Source: a virus. From it: a stretch of 50,405 nucleotides of DNA. Below, piece after piece: positions 26,781 through 34,934 of the stretch. The notes below the pieces were generated by a model, which saw only the letters and a program-made list of their open reading frames with translations, was not told where the DNA came from and searched no databases. Location: UHGV virus genome UHGV-0192279. One strand, given 5' to 3'. Both the position numbers and the translations under genes were made by a program. Within the stretch, counting starts at the first letter, position 1. Each line of letters opens with the position of its first letter.

Positions 26781-26979
26781 TGAGGTATGCGCCTTTTTGT
26801 GCTATTCCGTTATCTTTTTTTTTGCGTCTTTGCAACTATGGCCTTACCTTGTCTGCAAGTTTACAGAATGGAGTTTTTAAATCAAGGCTTTGAAAAATAC
26901 ATTTTGTGACTTGTATCAAACTTTTGAGGTTATAGGGTAGCGACATGAAAACAAATGGTATGACTTAGCAAAGCAGCTC

Positions 26980-27591
26980 ATGCGAGCGCAAGGCATGAGC
27001 CAGGATTCACTCGCGGATCTCATGGGGATAACTAAAGGCGGCCTGTCACACTGGCTTAACGGTCGCCGCGAGCCAAATCTTGAAGATATTGCGCGGATTA
27101 TGCGGGCACTTGGTCGTCGGCAGTTCACTGTTACCCATGATGGAATGGTCATTGATGATTCTGTTTCTAACACGTTACCGGGAGCGCCGCAGCGTGATTT
27201 AGGCAGTTACCCGGTTGTTGACTGGAAGGACACAGTAAACAATATGGAAGATACAAGGCGATCAACATTACCACACGTTACGACTAGCGTTATTTGTTCA
27301 GATGATAGTTACTGGCTGGTTGCTAAAGGTGAATCAATGAACGCGCCGCAGGGGTTGAGCATCCCTGCCGGGACGATGATACTTGTTGACCCACACGCGC
27401 CAGCTATCGATGGAAAGCTGGTTATAGCACAGCTTGAGGAAGGGCAAATACCGACGTTTAAACAGTTGATTATTGATGGAGGTCAAAGGCTTTTACGTTC
27501 GCTTAACCCGCTGTATCCACCAATCCCCATGAATCCTGAATCGAAAATCATAGGCGTGGTGGTGGACGCGAAGATCGTAAACCTGCCATAA
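26980..27591 (+). CDS. CI-like repressor (HTH_XRE + S24 LexA-like peptidase), 203 aa
   Basis: N-terminal HTH (SQDSLADLMGITKGGLSHWLNGRREP) and C-terminal S24 domain with Ser (GESM) and Lys (TFKQL) dyad. Confidence 0.85.
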   Translation: MRAQGMSQDSLADLMGITKGGLSHWLNGRREPNLEDIARIMRALGRRQFTVTHDGMVIDDSVSNTLPGAPQRDLGSYPVVDWKDTVNNMEDTRRSTLPHVTTSVICSDDSYWLVAKGESMNAPQGLSIPAGTMILVDPHAPAIDGKLVIAQLEEGQIPTFKQLIIDGGQRLLRSLNPLYPPIPMNPESKIIGVVVDAKIVNLP

Positions 27592-27597
27592 AAAATT

Positions 27598-27622
27598 AGC
27601 CGCCGAATGGCGGCTTTTCTTT
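27598..27622 (+). terminator. rho-independent terminator after repressor gene
   Basis: AGCCGCC-gaat-GGCGGCT followed by TTTTCTTT. Confidence 0.65.
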
Positions 27623-27714
27623 GCCCTGAAAACACCAAAACGTAAACATAAAACGTGTTTTATTATTTAAATATCAATGACATATAAAATATTTAAAAAA
27701 GTATACAAAATGGA

Positions 27715-27743
27715 TTGACTCGGTGTATCACGGGGCGTATATT
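27715..27743 (+). promoter_or_regulatory. candidate early promoter (pL analogue): TTGACT -17- TATATT
   Basis: Near-consensus -35 and -10 with 17-bp spacer; TACA-N3-TGG motif abuts -35; about 40 nt upstream of boxA. Confidence 0.5.
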
Positions 27744-27785
27744 TCGAGGCAAAGGAGGTAGCAAGGCAGGGGAAAGAAGGTTACT

Positions 27786-27823
27786 TGCTCTTTAACAATC
27801 TGGTCAGCCGCTGGAAGTGCGGC
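27786..27823 (+). promoter_or_regulatory. nutL-like site: boxA TGCTCTTTAACAAT + boxB-like hairpin GCCGC-tggaagt-GCGGC
   Basis: boxA identical to E. coli rrn boxA core; hairpin 7 nt downstream; located in leader of N-like gene. Confidence 0.6.
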
Positions 27824-27879
27824 AATTAATGAAGATGATTTTTATTAAGTATCATCATGGGATATAAGGAGATCAGATT

Positions 27880-28170
27880 ATGACCGTAACAATTATGTAT
27901 GGCAAATGTGATAGCAAAATAAATGCCAGGGAACGCAGAAGAATAAAAAGAGAAAACGAAAGAAAATCATCACCTGCAATCAATAAAACTGACAATGTTG
28001 ATAAAGCTATTCGTTTTGCAAACGTAGAAAGATGCAAACCGAATGGCATTAAAGAGCATCGCAAAGGTGCGGCAAAATGGTATGCGGAAAACGAAAGCGG
28101 CAATTACTACCACGCAACACAACCGCGTAGTCTAGGGGAAAAACCCCTGGATAAAGTACGCTACAGATAA
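27880..28170 (+). CDS. N-like transcription antiterminator (96 aa)
   Basis: N-terminus MTVTIMYGK...NARERRRIKRENERK resembles P22 gp24/lambda N arginine-rich motif; AAGGAG SD; preceded by nut site. Confidence 0.65.
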   Translation: MTVTIMYGKCDSKINARERRRIKRENERKSSPAINKTDNVDKAIRFANVERCKPNGIKEHRKGAAKWYAENESGNYYHATQPRSLGEKPLDKVRYR

Positions 28171-28200
28171 TACAAAATGTAAACTTTCAAAGGTGACATT

Positions 28201-28323
28201 ATGGTTGTTCAGGCGCTTCAATTCAAACTGGCTGTAGCGGAAATGCTTCACGATGCCGAAATGTGGAGCACCGCGAATAAAGCTTTATATGTAGTGTTAA
28301 CAGCGAGGGAGATTAAAGGGTGA
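28201..28323 (+). CDS. 40-aa ORF (MVVQALQFKLAVAEMLHDAEMWSTANKALYVVLTAREIKG)
   Basis: AAGGTGA SD; stop overlaps erf GTG start; preceded by perfect TACAaaaTGTA. Confidence 0.3.
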   Translation: MVVQALQFKLAVAEMLHDAEMWSTANKALYVVLTAREIKG

Positions 28324-28961
28324 AAACAGAATTACATAAAAAGCTGTGGACTATTCAGCAGACGCTGAATGCGCCGAAAAGTCAGCGCAATAATTTTGGC
28401 GGTTATAATTATCGTTCGGCAGAAGATATTTTAGAGGCTGTTAAACCACTGCTTCAAAATATCACTCTGACGGTAAGTGATGAAATCGTCTTAATTGGCG
28501 AACGCTATTACGTGAAAGCTACGGCGACACTAAGTGACGGTGAGGACGCGATAGCGGTAACTGCTTACGCAAGGGAGGAAGATAATAAGAAGGGAATGGA
28601 TGCAAGCCAGCTAACAGGAGCAACATCAAGTTACGCGCGGAAATATGCTTTGAACGGTTTATTCTGCATAGACGATGCAAAAGACGCGGATACTGATGCT
28701 TACAGTAAGCAGACAGGCCAGCAGCCTAGACAGCAGAAAAACCAGCCAAAACAACAACAGCAGCAGCAGAAAGCGCCGCCAAATCCTGATGAAGTGTTAG
28801 CGCGTTTCTGTGATGCAGCAGCGAAAGCGCCGGACGCTAACAAGTTGCGTGAAATATTCGGTAAATGCTGGAAATTACTGCCGGAAGGATCGGAACATCG
28901 AGTTAAAGCAAAAGATGTTTATGACATCCGGATCGCAGAGCTTAATGTGGAGATGAGCTAA
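28320..28961 (+). CDS. erf: Erf-family single-strand annealing protein (213 aa)
   Basis: Strong similarity to P22 Erf (LNAPK.Q.N.FG.Y.YRS.EDILE.VKPLL, SDEIVLIG.RYYVKATAT, GATSSYARKY.LNGLF.IDDAKDADT). Confidence 0.9.
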   Translation: MKTELHKKLWTIQQTLNAPKSQRNNFGGYNYRSAEDILEAVKPLLQNITLTVSDEIVLIGERYYVKATATLSDGEDAIAVTAYAREEDNKKGMDASQLTGATSSYARKYALNGLFCIDDAKDADTDAYSKQTGQQPRQQKNQPKQQQQQQKAPPNPDEVLARFCDAAAKAPDANKLREIFGKCWKLLPEGSEHRVKAKDVYDIRIAELNVEMS

Positions 28962-29380
28962 TGAGTTTAAATTCAATCACGCTTGGCGGGAATATCGGAA
29001 ACGACATGGAAGTACGCTATACGCAAAACGGGAAGGCGATTGGTAGTTTTCCGTTAGCTGTAACGAATGGCTACGGCGATAATAAGCGGACGATGTGGAT
29101 CACTTGCCTGGTATTCGGTGAGCGAGCGGAAAAATTAGCGTCACATATCCGCAAGGGTGGAAAGATAGTTGTAAGTGGTCGCCTGGATGTTCGGCAATAT
29201 GACCGGAACGACGGCACTAAGGGGACGGCGGTAGAAGTGGCGGTTAACGAATTTGAATTCATGAACGTTAACCAACAAGGCCAGCAGCAAGGCCAGCAGC
29301 AGAAAGCGCCGCCGCAGCAGCAGAATAATAACGGGAATAATCCGCCGCCGATGGACTTCGATGACGATATCCCGTTCTGA
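28961..29380 (+). CDS. ssb: single-stranded DNA-binding protein (139 aa)
   Basis: OB-fold SSB pattern, Gln/Gly-rich linker and acidic C-terminal tail MDFDDDIPF. Confidence 0.9.
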   Translation: MSLNSITLGGNIGNDMEVRYTQNGKAIGSFPLAVTNGYGDNKRTMWITCLVFGERAEKLASHIRKGGKIVVSGRLDVRQYDRNDGTKGTAVEVAVNEFEFMNVNQQGQQQGQQQKAPPQQQNNNGNNPPPMDFDDDIPF

Positions 29381-29395
29381 TTAAATAGGTTAGCG

Positions 29396-29674
29396 ATGGG
29401 TGATTATTTAAAAGCGCCACCGCCACCACGAACAAAAGAGCAAGTATTAAAAGAAGCCCGTGATCAAATCGATCATGAGCTTTTTTTATGCGGCACGGCA
29501 GCGGATCGGATGGCAAAAAGATTTAGTGACCTGTACGCAAAGCAAATATGGTTCGACAACTGGCAGGCAAGTTTTTACCCACTACAGAAAACTGATGATA
29601 TGCATTGGCCTGAATATGTCGATCCACGTATGCGCAAATATCGCGGGCGTATGGGCCAGGTTATTAACGATTAA
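29396..29674 (+). CDS. hypothetical protein (92 aa)
   Basis: ORF in early operon. Confidence 0.4.
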   Translation: MGDYLKAPPPPRTKEQVLKEARDQIDHELFLCGTAADRMAKRFSDLYAKQIWFDNWQASFYPLQKTDDMHWPEYVDPRMRKYRGRMGQVIND

Positions 29675-29687
29675 TGAGGAGTTAATC

Positions 29688-29939
29688 ATGACAGCTACAA
29701 CATTAAGCGAAAATAACTGTAGAGGTTTTCAGAGAACTGCGGAAAGCCTTGATGATAGTGATGTATTTGTTGATTTCGGCGGCGGCAACTATGAATTCGA
29801 AACGTCTGCGGGCTGGAGTGATAAATGGCCTTTCCCTACTCGACAGGAATTAAGCGATCGTAAATCATTTGGCGAAGATGCCGAACGCCTGGCGAATAAT
29901 AAATGGCTGGATAAATTTATTGCGGAGGCTGAAAAATGA
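29688..29939 (+). CDS. hypothetical protein (83 aa)
   Basis: ATG at 29688 with GAGGAG SD (track ORF 29460 extends upstream in same frame across previous gene). Confidence 0.4.
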   Translation: MTATTLSENNCRGFQRTAESLDDSDVFVDFGGGNYEFETSAGWSDKWPFPTRQELSDRKSFGEDAERLANNKWLDKFIAEAEK

Positions 29940-30055
29940 ACATAATCAAAATAGCAGCGTTATCCGCAGGGGTTGCAATAGCGGTTGCTTATCTTGCCGC
30001 TTCGCTTTATATCACGATAGCGATCATAAAACTGATTACTAATATGTGGGGTTAA
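29936..30055 (+). CDS. 39-aa single-TM peptide (MNIIKIAALSAGVAIAVAYLAASLYITIAIIKLITNMWG)
   Basis: Below track cutoff; GGAGG SD; ATGA overlap with upstream stop; hydrophobic core. Confidence 0.4.
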   Translation: MNIIKIAALSAGVAIAVAYLAASLYITIAIIKLITNMWG

Positions 30056-30057
30056 TC

Positions 30058-30177
30058 ATGAAAGTCGGTAAGGATATTGTGACGGTCGCGTTTTGCGTTA
30101 TTTGTTTCCTGTTTACGATTGCATTTTGCGGAGCACTTGCTGCGGTATTGGCTTTTATTGGTAAGGGGTTGATGTGA
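30058..30177 (+). CDS. 39-aa single-TM peptide (MKVGKDIVTVAFCVICFLFTIAFCGALAAVLAFIGKGLM)
   Basis: Below track cutoff; GGGG SD; stop overlaps next start. Confidence 0.4.
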   Translation: MKVGKDIVTVAFCVICFLFTIAFCGALAAVLAFIGKGLM

Positions 30178-30449
30178 TGGTTACTTGGAATGTAAAAGAG
30201 GGCGATCTTGTTGTTTTGCCTGAATATCGTAGTGACCCTGGTCTGGTTGTGCTGAACAAGACATATAACGATCTTGAGCGCCCAATCCTGGTTAAATATC
30301 TGGACGGAACAATTATAGAGCCGCGTTTCTTCGACAAGATTGAACTGAAGGCCCGCAATGTTCGCGTTAAGCCGTTCCGGGCTTATGTTGAAAACCACTG
30401 GCGTAAATTGTTCGCCGGACTGGATGGGATGTTCGGCGTATGGCTATAA
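30177..30449 (+). CDS. hypothetical protein (90 aa)
   Basis: ATG at 30177 overlapping upstream stop (TGATG). Confidence 0.45.
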   Translation: MVTWNVKEGDLVVLPEYRSDPGLVVLNKTYNDLERPILVKYLDGTIIEPRFFDKIELKARNVRVKPFRAYVENHWRKLFAGLDGMFGVWL

Positions 30450-30631
30450 AATTAGTGAAGGTTAAACACCTGAAAGGCGGTGAAAGATTAATGTCATGGT
30501 GGGGACATGAATTTATTGCTACTGCCTTTCATTTCGGCCCGGGTGGTCAAGTAACAATATTTGATGAAGATTACGACGAGGTGGGGCAATGGCATCTTGA
30601 GCAATATGTCGAGGTGTTAAATGAAAATTAA
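30440..30631 (+). CDS. hypothetical protein (63 aa)
   Basis: ORF with overlapping start; weak SD. Confidence 0.3.
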   Translation: MAIKLVKVKHLKGGERLMSWWGHEFIATAFHFGPGGQVTIFDEDYDEVGQWHLEQYVEVLNEN

Positions 30632-30953
30632 ATTCCACAAAGCGTATGACGCTAACACAAACAAGCTATCACTATTTATCGAATTCGAACGCCGGATCGT
30701 GGTAGCGCCCTGGTCGCGCCGCTTCAATGACGCTGGCGGGCGGCGAAAATTCGCGGTTGATATGCTGTTACGCGGCTGCGGCCTTATGCGACCGCTATCT
30801 GACTTAAAACGAATGATGCCGGGATCGTTCGGTCAGATTGATGAAATAGAAATAAGCCCGGAAGAACTGAAACGGGAGCGTGATTTATTCCTTTCAAGCG
30901 AAGAAAACCCGTTTAATTCAGAAACTGAAATGAAATGGCATCATCCACTATAA
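30621..30953 (+). CDS. hypothetical protein (110 aa)
   Basis: GAGGTG SD; ATG 30621. Confidence 0.4.
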   Translation: MKIKFHKAYDANTNKLSLFIEFERRIVVAPWSRRFNDAGGRRKFAVDMLLRGCGLMRPLSDLKRMMPGSFGQIDEIEISPEELKRERDLFLSSEENPFNSETEMKWHHPL

Positions 30954-30964
30954 GGGTAAATATT

Positions 30965-31585
30965 ATGAACAATATCAAAACGGCTTATTCACTCGGCAGC
31001 GAAGGCATGTTAATTACTCGCTACACAGAAGACGCGAGCTTTCACGAAGTGGTAACTAAGGATTATCACGAAGTATTAAAAGATATGAACGCTGGCGCGT
31101 ATGACGGTGATTTAAACCTGGCGCTACAGGTTGTTGACATTGTGATGGATGCGTCAATCCGCGATTACGTGTCTCTAAATATGGAAGAAAAAACATCGGT
31201 AGCGCGTTATGTGTTCTGCCTCACTTTCGTAAGACGCATGGAGGAGGAATTCGGACGTGTACCAGTGCCGGAAGAACTGGACCCGCTTGCGTATGGTAGT
31301 GCGATAATGGTCCCGCTGGGCGACGGGGTGATGGGTAGTGCTTCATTGCATACAATCCGTGAACTGATGCGAGATAGCCTTGAAGCTGAAGTGCTTAAGA
31401 AAGCGGTAGAAGAAGGGCGCGACGCGGAAGAAGTGAAAAAATTCATGCCTGTTATTTATGGTGATATGGTCGGCGATAATATGCGGGCTAATGATTTTGG
31501 CGTCCAGTGTGTTCTGGCGACGCTGAATGATGCCAGAAAACGTGCACAGCCAATGCCGAAACAGGAAAAACGTGTACTACATTAA
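30965..31585 (+). CDS. hypothetical protein (206 aa)
   Basis: ATG 30965 with AAGGG SD (track start 30935 overlaps upstream gene). Confidence 0.45.
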   Translation: MNNIKTAYSLGSEGMLITRYTEDASFHEVVTKDYHEVLKDMNAGAYDGDLNLALQVVDIVMDASIRDYVSLNMEEKTSVARYVFCLTFVRRMEEEFGRVPVPEELDPLAYGSAIMVPLGDGVMGSASLHTIRELMRDSLEAEVLKKAVEEGRDAEEVKKFMPVIYGDMVGDNMRANDFGVQCVLATLNDARKRAQPMPKQEKRVLH

Positions 31586-31589
31586 CAGG

Positions 31590-31621
31590 GTGATCGCGAT
31601 CACATAAATATACATTTTGTG
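31590..31621. promoter_or_regulatory. perfect 14-bp palindrome GTGATCGCGATCAC followed by ATACATTTTGTG motif
   Basis: Intergenic gap inside early operon; palindrome arms GTGAT/ATCAC recur at 34002-34015. Confidence 0.4.
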
Positions 31622-31683
31622 CTGTGATCGCATATCCGTTTTGTAAGAAGAAATCGAAAGGTTTACGGCGCGGAGAAAACAAG

Positions 31684-31902
31684 ATGGAGCGCGAATTGAT
31701 GCTCTACTGTGTAGAAGGTGGTGTAGGTCACGATGCCTACGTCGCCGGGAAAAGCTATCCAGCCGATGAAGTGCTTTTTAATATGCACTTGAGAGAAAAC
31801 GAATACCAGATATCCGTGTGGAAGCGGTGCGTTGATGGTGTTGAAGTTGCTAGCCTTGAAAGATATTTAGGTAAATTCGACTACGGATTAATGGAGGCTT
31901 GA
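31684..31902 (+). CDS. hypothetical protein (72 aa)
   Basis: ATG 31684 (track ORF begins at upstream GTG 31624). Confidence 0.35.
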   Translation: MERELMLYCVEGGVGHDAYVAGKSYPADEVLFNMHLRENEYQISVWKRCVDGVEVASLERYLGKFDYGLMEA

Positions 31903-31904
31903 TT

Positions 31905-31973
31905 ATGGACGACGCATTGTTATTCATGTGCATTTGCTGGAGATTTGTTGCTTTCTGTTTATTTGTTAGATGA
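31905..31973 (+). CDS. 22-aa hydrophobic micro-ORF (MDDALLFMCICWRFVAFCLFVR)
   Basis: GGAGG SD 7 nt upstream; below track cutoff. Confidence 0.3.
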   Translation: MDDALLFMCICWRFVAFCLFVR

Positions 31974-32001
31974 TTTATTGAATACCATATGAGGTGATTT
32001 T

Positions 32002-32139
32002 ATGAAATGCGTTGGAGACTATAGGCTACCGGATAACGCTAAATTAGCTGGGTCGGTTATGCTGGCTGTTATTACTATAACGCGGTCGGTGATATTTACA
32101 GAGTTAACATTATTGATGGTGTACAGCATTTTCGTTTAA
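32002..32139 (+). CDS. 45-aa single-TM peptide (MKCVGDYRLPDNAKLAGSVMLAVITITRSVIFTELTLLMVYSIFV)
   Basis: GAGGTGA SD 6 nt upstream; below track cutoff. Confidence 0.35.
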   Translation: MKCVGDYRLPDNAKLAGSVMLAVITITRSVIFTELTLLMVYSIFV

Positions 32140-32181
32140 TGCCTTATAGATTGAGCGCGCTTAAACAGGCGGTATTAATGC

Positions 32182-32385
32182 ATGAAGTTTAAACATTACA
32201 GGGAATGGAAAATTCCAGAAGCAGCAACAAAGGCAGCGCCAGGTGATTTTTCTGGCGTTTATTTTTATATGGATGGCGAATGGTATTTCGGCAGCAGGCC
32301 GGATCACTATTACCATGAAGTATGCAAGCCCCACGTATGGGATATTAAAGAACGCGTGAAAGACGGAGTGATTGAGGACGTTTAA
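32182..32385 (+). CDS. hypothetical protein (67 aa)
   Basis: ORF in early operon. Confidence 0.4.
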   Translation: MKFKHYREWKIPEAATKAAPGDFSGVYFYMDGEWYFGSRPDHYYHEVCKPHVWDIKERVKDGVIEDV

Positions 32386-32387
32386 AA

Positions 32388-32624
32388 ATGTTTAAGAGCT
32401 TTTTAAACTGGTTGGGAGCGTGGCTTTTAGCTACGCTTTTTGTTTTCCTGGCGGCAGCGGCTGTTATCGTCGTTATTATGCTGGGGGCGATTTTTATTAC
32501 GTGGTCGATGCCTGAATTTAACGACATTGGGAATATTCTTTTTGTCGCCCGCGCTTTATTGGCGGTTAGCGCATTTGTCGGGTTTTGCTGGACTGCCGCG
32601 CCAGATTGGGATGATCCGTTTTAG
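32388..32624 (+). CDS. small membrane protein (78 aa, 2 TM helices)
   Basis: Two long hydrophobic segments. Confidence 0.45.
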   Translation: MFKSFLNWLGAWLLATLFVFLAAAAVIVVIMLGAIFITWSMPEFNDIGNILFVARALLAVSAFVGFCWTAAPDWDDPF

Positions 32625-32626
32625 TT

Positions 32627-32860
32627 ATGGCTTTATTCAACCTGTCAGAGCCGCAATTTAATGCCGTTAAAACTGCCGCGCGGGCGGCGCTTTCTGCCTG
32701 CAAGACAGAGGTGGAAAGAAACGGATATAGCGATAAAGCCACGCGGCTGATACTCGACAAGCATTATCGCAAGGTCGCCCCGCTAATCAGCATTGAGCGT
32801 TTTGTGTGGTTGGTGGGGTATCTGAATAACCGCTGGGGGACGGAGCAGGATTATTTCTAA
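32627..32860 (+). CDS. hypothetical protein (77 aa)
   Basis: ORF in early operon. Confidence 0.35.
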   Translation: MALFNLSEPQFNAVKTAARAALSACKTEVERNGYSDKATRLILDKHYRKVAPLISIERFVWLVGYLNNRWGTEQDYF

Positions 32861-32869
32861 GGGGGCGCA

Positions 32870-33217
32870 ATGAAAAATGATTACGGCGGCAGTCATACGC
32901 CGAAAGAAATAAAAGACCTATGGCAGACGCCGAAACCTGTTTTTAGAGGAATGGATCGGGAATTCGAATTCGTCGCGGTTGTTTCCGGTGCGCTTATTTC
33001 TGGCGGCGTTTACCGGGTTCTACCTGGTGATTTCGATTCCAAACGCTGGCCTGCAAATATAGCGTCCGCCATTGGCGATGCGTTAATTTTTCCCACGCTA
33101 TCGTTTATGGCATTTATGCCGGAAATATCAGCTATTCAATTCATCTCAAAAATGGCAGCGGTAACGGTGATCACTATCATCATGCGCCGCTATTTCACGT
33201 TTGAGGGTGGAAAATGA
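32870..33217 (+). CDS. hypothetical membrane-associated protein (115 aa)
   Basis: GGGGG SD; hydrophobic segments. Confidence 0.4.
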   Translation: MKNDYGGSHTPKEIKDLWQTPKPVFRGMDREFEFVAVVSGALISGGVYRVLPGDFDSKRWPANIASAIGDALIFPTLSFMAFMPEISAIQFISKMAAVTVITIIMRRYFTFEGGK

Positions 33218-33978
33218 GCGGGCTTAGAAATTGGGTTATCTGGTCGCTGTACGACGGAAGCGGGTACGCCGTTAAAGATTGGGCGGAAGCTGGTTATAAA
33301 TGCTATTGCTTCAACTATGACGGCGCTAATCACGGGGATTATGACGGGGTAAAAATAATTCATCCAAATATTGAATATGTTAACGTATGGATTGACAGCC
33401 ATTTCCTGGTAATGTTCTCCCCTGAATTGTCTGTTTATCCAGATCCTGACATTATCTTGGGCTTTCCTCCGTGTGATGATCTTGCCGTATCAGGCGCTCG
33501 TTGGTTCGCTGATAAACGGAAAAAAGATCCTGGCTTCCAGGTAAAGGCGGCGTATAACGCAAAAATTGTAGAAAAACTGGCGAATATGTATAACGTGCCG
33601 TGGATGGTGGAAAATCCAGTTGGCGCACTGTCAACGTTATGGCGTAAACCGGATTTTATCTTCAATCCTTGCGTTTACGGTGGCTACCTGCCTGAAGATG
33701 ACAAACATCCTGCTTTCCCGGAATACATTGCCGACCGCGATGCCTACACGAAGAAAACATGTATTTGGTGTGGTAATGGATTTAAGCAGCCGCTATTCCG
33801 GCCTGTACCAATGCCGGATGAATGGGAAGACAGTAAGCAGCACGCGAAGTTAGGCGGAAAGTCGAAGCGCACTAAGATGATCCGCTCACTAACGCCGCGC
33901 GGCTTCGCACGAGCTGTATTCCTGGCTAACGACAGGGCCATCACGCGGACTACGCTTAACCGCGTTTTACCGGACTAA
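33214..33978 (+). CDS. DNA methyltransferase-like protein (C5-MTase-like motifs), 254 aa
   Basis: Motifs resembling C5-MTase I (LYDGSG), IV (GFPPCDD, Pro-Cys) and VI (ENPVG); short, no obvious target-recognition domain. Confidence 0.4.
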   Translation: MSGLRNWVIWSLYDGSGYAVKDWAEAGYKCYCFNYDGANHGDYDGVKIIHPNIEYVNVWIDSHFLVMFSPELSVYPDPDIILGFPPCDDLAVSGARWFADKRKKDPGFQVKAAYNAKIVEKLANMYNVPWMVENPVGALSTLWRKPDFIFNPCVYGGYLPEDDKHPAFPEYIADRDAYTKKTCIWCGNGFKQPLFRPVPMPDEWEDSKQHAKLGGKSKRTKMIRSLTPRGFARAVFLANDRAITRTTLNRVLPD

Positions 33979-34075
33979 AGTTTACAAAATGGCGTCATAG
34001 CGTGATATGCATCACATAATGGCGCTTTTCGCCTTGTTCTGGCGCATCCGTTTTGTATACTTCAAGCAAACAAAA

Positions 34076-34108
34076 TACTCTTTAAAAATCCGGCATCGCT
34101 GAAATGCG
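34076..34108 (+). promoter_or_regulatory. third boxA-like element TACTCTTTAAAAAT with adjacent hairpin
   Basis: CTCTTTAAAAATCCGG is a 16/16 match to the minus-strand element at 26765-26780; upstream of nin-like genes. Confidence 0.4.
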
Positions 34109-34137
34109 TAGAAATAACCTGAAAAGGAGAGAGCATT

Positions 34138-34314
34138 ATGTCTTTTGATGATTACCAATGGCATGACGACTATGAAAGAGAAAGCGTCATGCGTGCAATG
34201 TGCAATGTATGCAGCACGAAGAAAGGAGGCTGTAACGAGTGCAACGAATGCTTAGAACATTGGCTAAGGGCCGGACACGCCGAAAGGCGGAACGAAACAG
34301 AGAATCAAAAATAA
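34138..34314 (+). CDS. small Cys-rich zinc-ribbon-like protein (58 aa)
   Basis: AAGGAG SD; CxxC...CxxC...C pattern. Confidence 0.35.
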   Translation: MSFDDYQWHDDYERESVMRAMCNVCSTKKGGCNECNECLEHWLRAGHAERRNETENQK

Positions 34315-34328
34315 TCGGGGTGGTTTTT

Positions 34329-34934
34329 ATGCAGAACCCTAAAAAAACCATAAGACGCCGTTGCAAATGCTGCGGCGTTTTTTTTGAGCCTAAATATCAC
34401 AACCAGACGTGGTGCAGCGATGAATGTCTGGAAGAACTGAAGTTTGATCAGCTATGCCGCGACCGTGAGAAGGCTATGAAGGCTATGGAACGGAAGAAAC
34501 GCCGTGATAGCCAGCGGGAAGAACGAAACCGGAAGCGGAAGCAGTTAAATCCGCGTAGCTACTGGATTAAACAGGCGCAAAACGTTTTTAACGCTTATAT
34601 ACGCGAGCGTGACGCGCGATTGCCGTGTATATCTTGCGGGACTTACTACGGTGAGCAATGCGGGTGGGATGCGGGCCATTACAGGACGGTAGCCGCCGCC
34701 GGACACCTTCGCTTTAACGAGGATAATTGCCATAAACAATGCAGGCACTGCAACCAGACATTAGACGGAAACACCGGAGGGTATCGCCCTGCGCTGATTC
34801 GAAAAATTGGCCTCGCAATGGTGGTTGCGCTGGAGAACAACAACGATACACACAAATGGACGATCGCAGAATGTAAGGAGCTAATAAACATCTATCAGGC
34901 GAAATTGGACGCCTTAAGGAGAAAGGCAGCATGA
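34329..34934 (+). CDS. ninG: NinG/Rap-family recombination endonuclease (201 aa)
   Basis: N-terminal RCKCCG zinc-binding start and conserved central Cys/His pattern typical of lambda NinG; ATG 34329 with GGGGTGG SD. Confidence 0.7.
   Translation: MQNPKKTIRRRCKCCGVFFEPKYHNQTWCSDECLEELKFDQLCRDREKAMKAMERKKRRDSQREERNRKRKQLNPRSYWIKQAQNVFNAYIRERDARLPCISCGTYYGEQCGWDAGHYRTVAAAGHLRFNEDNCHKQCRHCNQTLDGNTGGYRPALIRKIGLAMVVALENNNDTHKWTIAECKELINIYQAKLDALRRKAA

Noticed and set aside
26760-26880. 38-aa plus-strand ORF in the repressor switch region (ATGAGGTATGCGCC...)
   Set aside because: Lies in the divergent promoter/operator region, has no SD, and its sequence is better explained as regulatory DNA (boxA-like element on the other strand).
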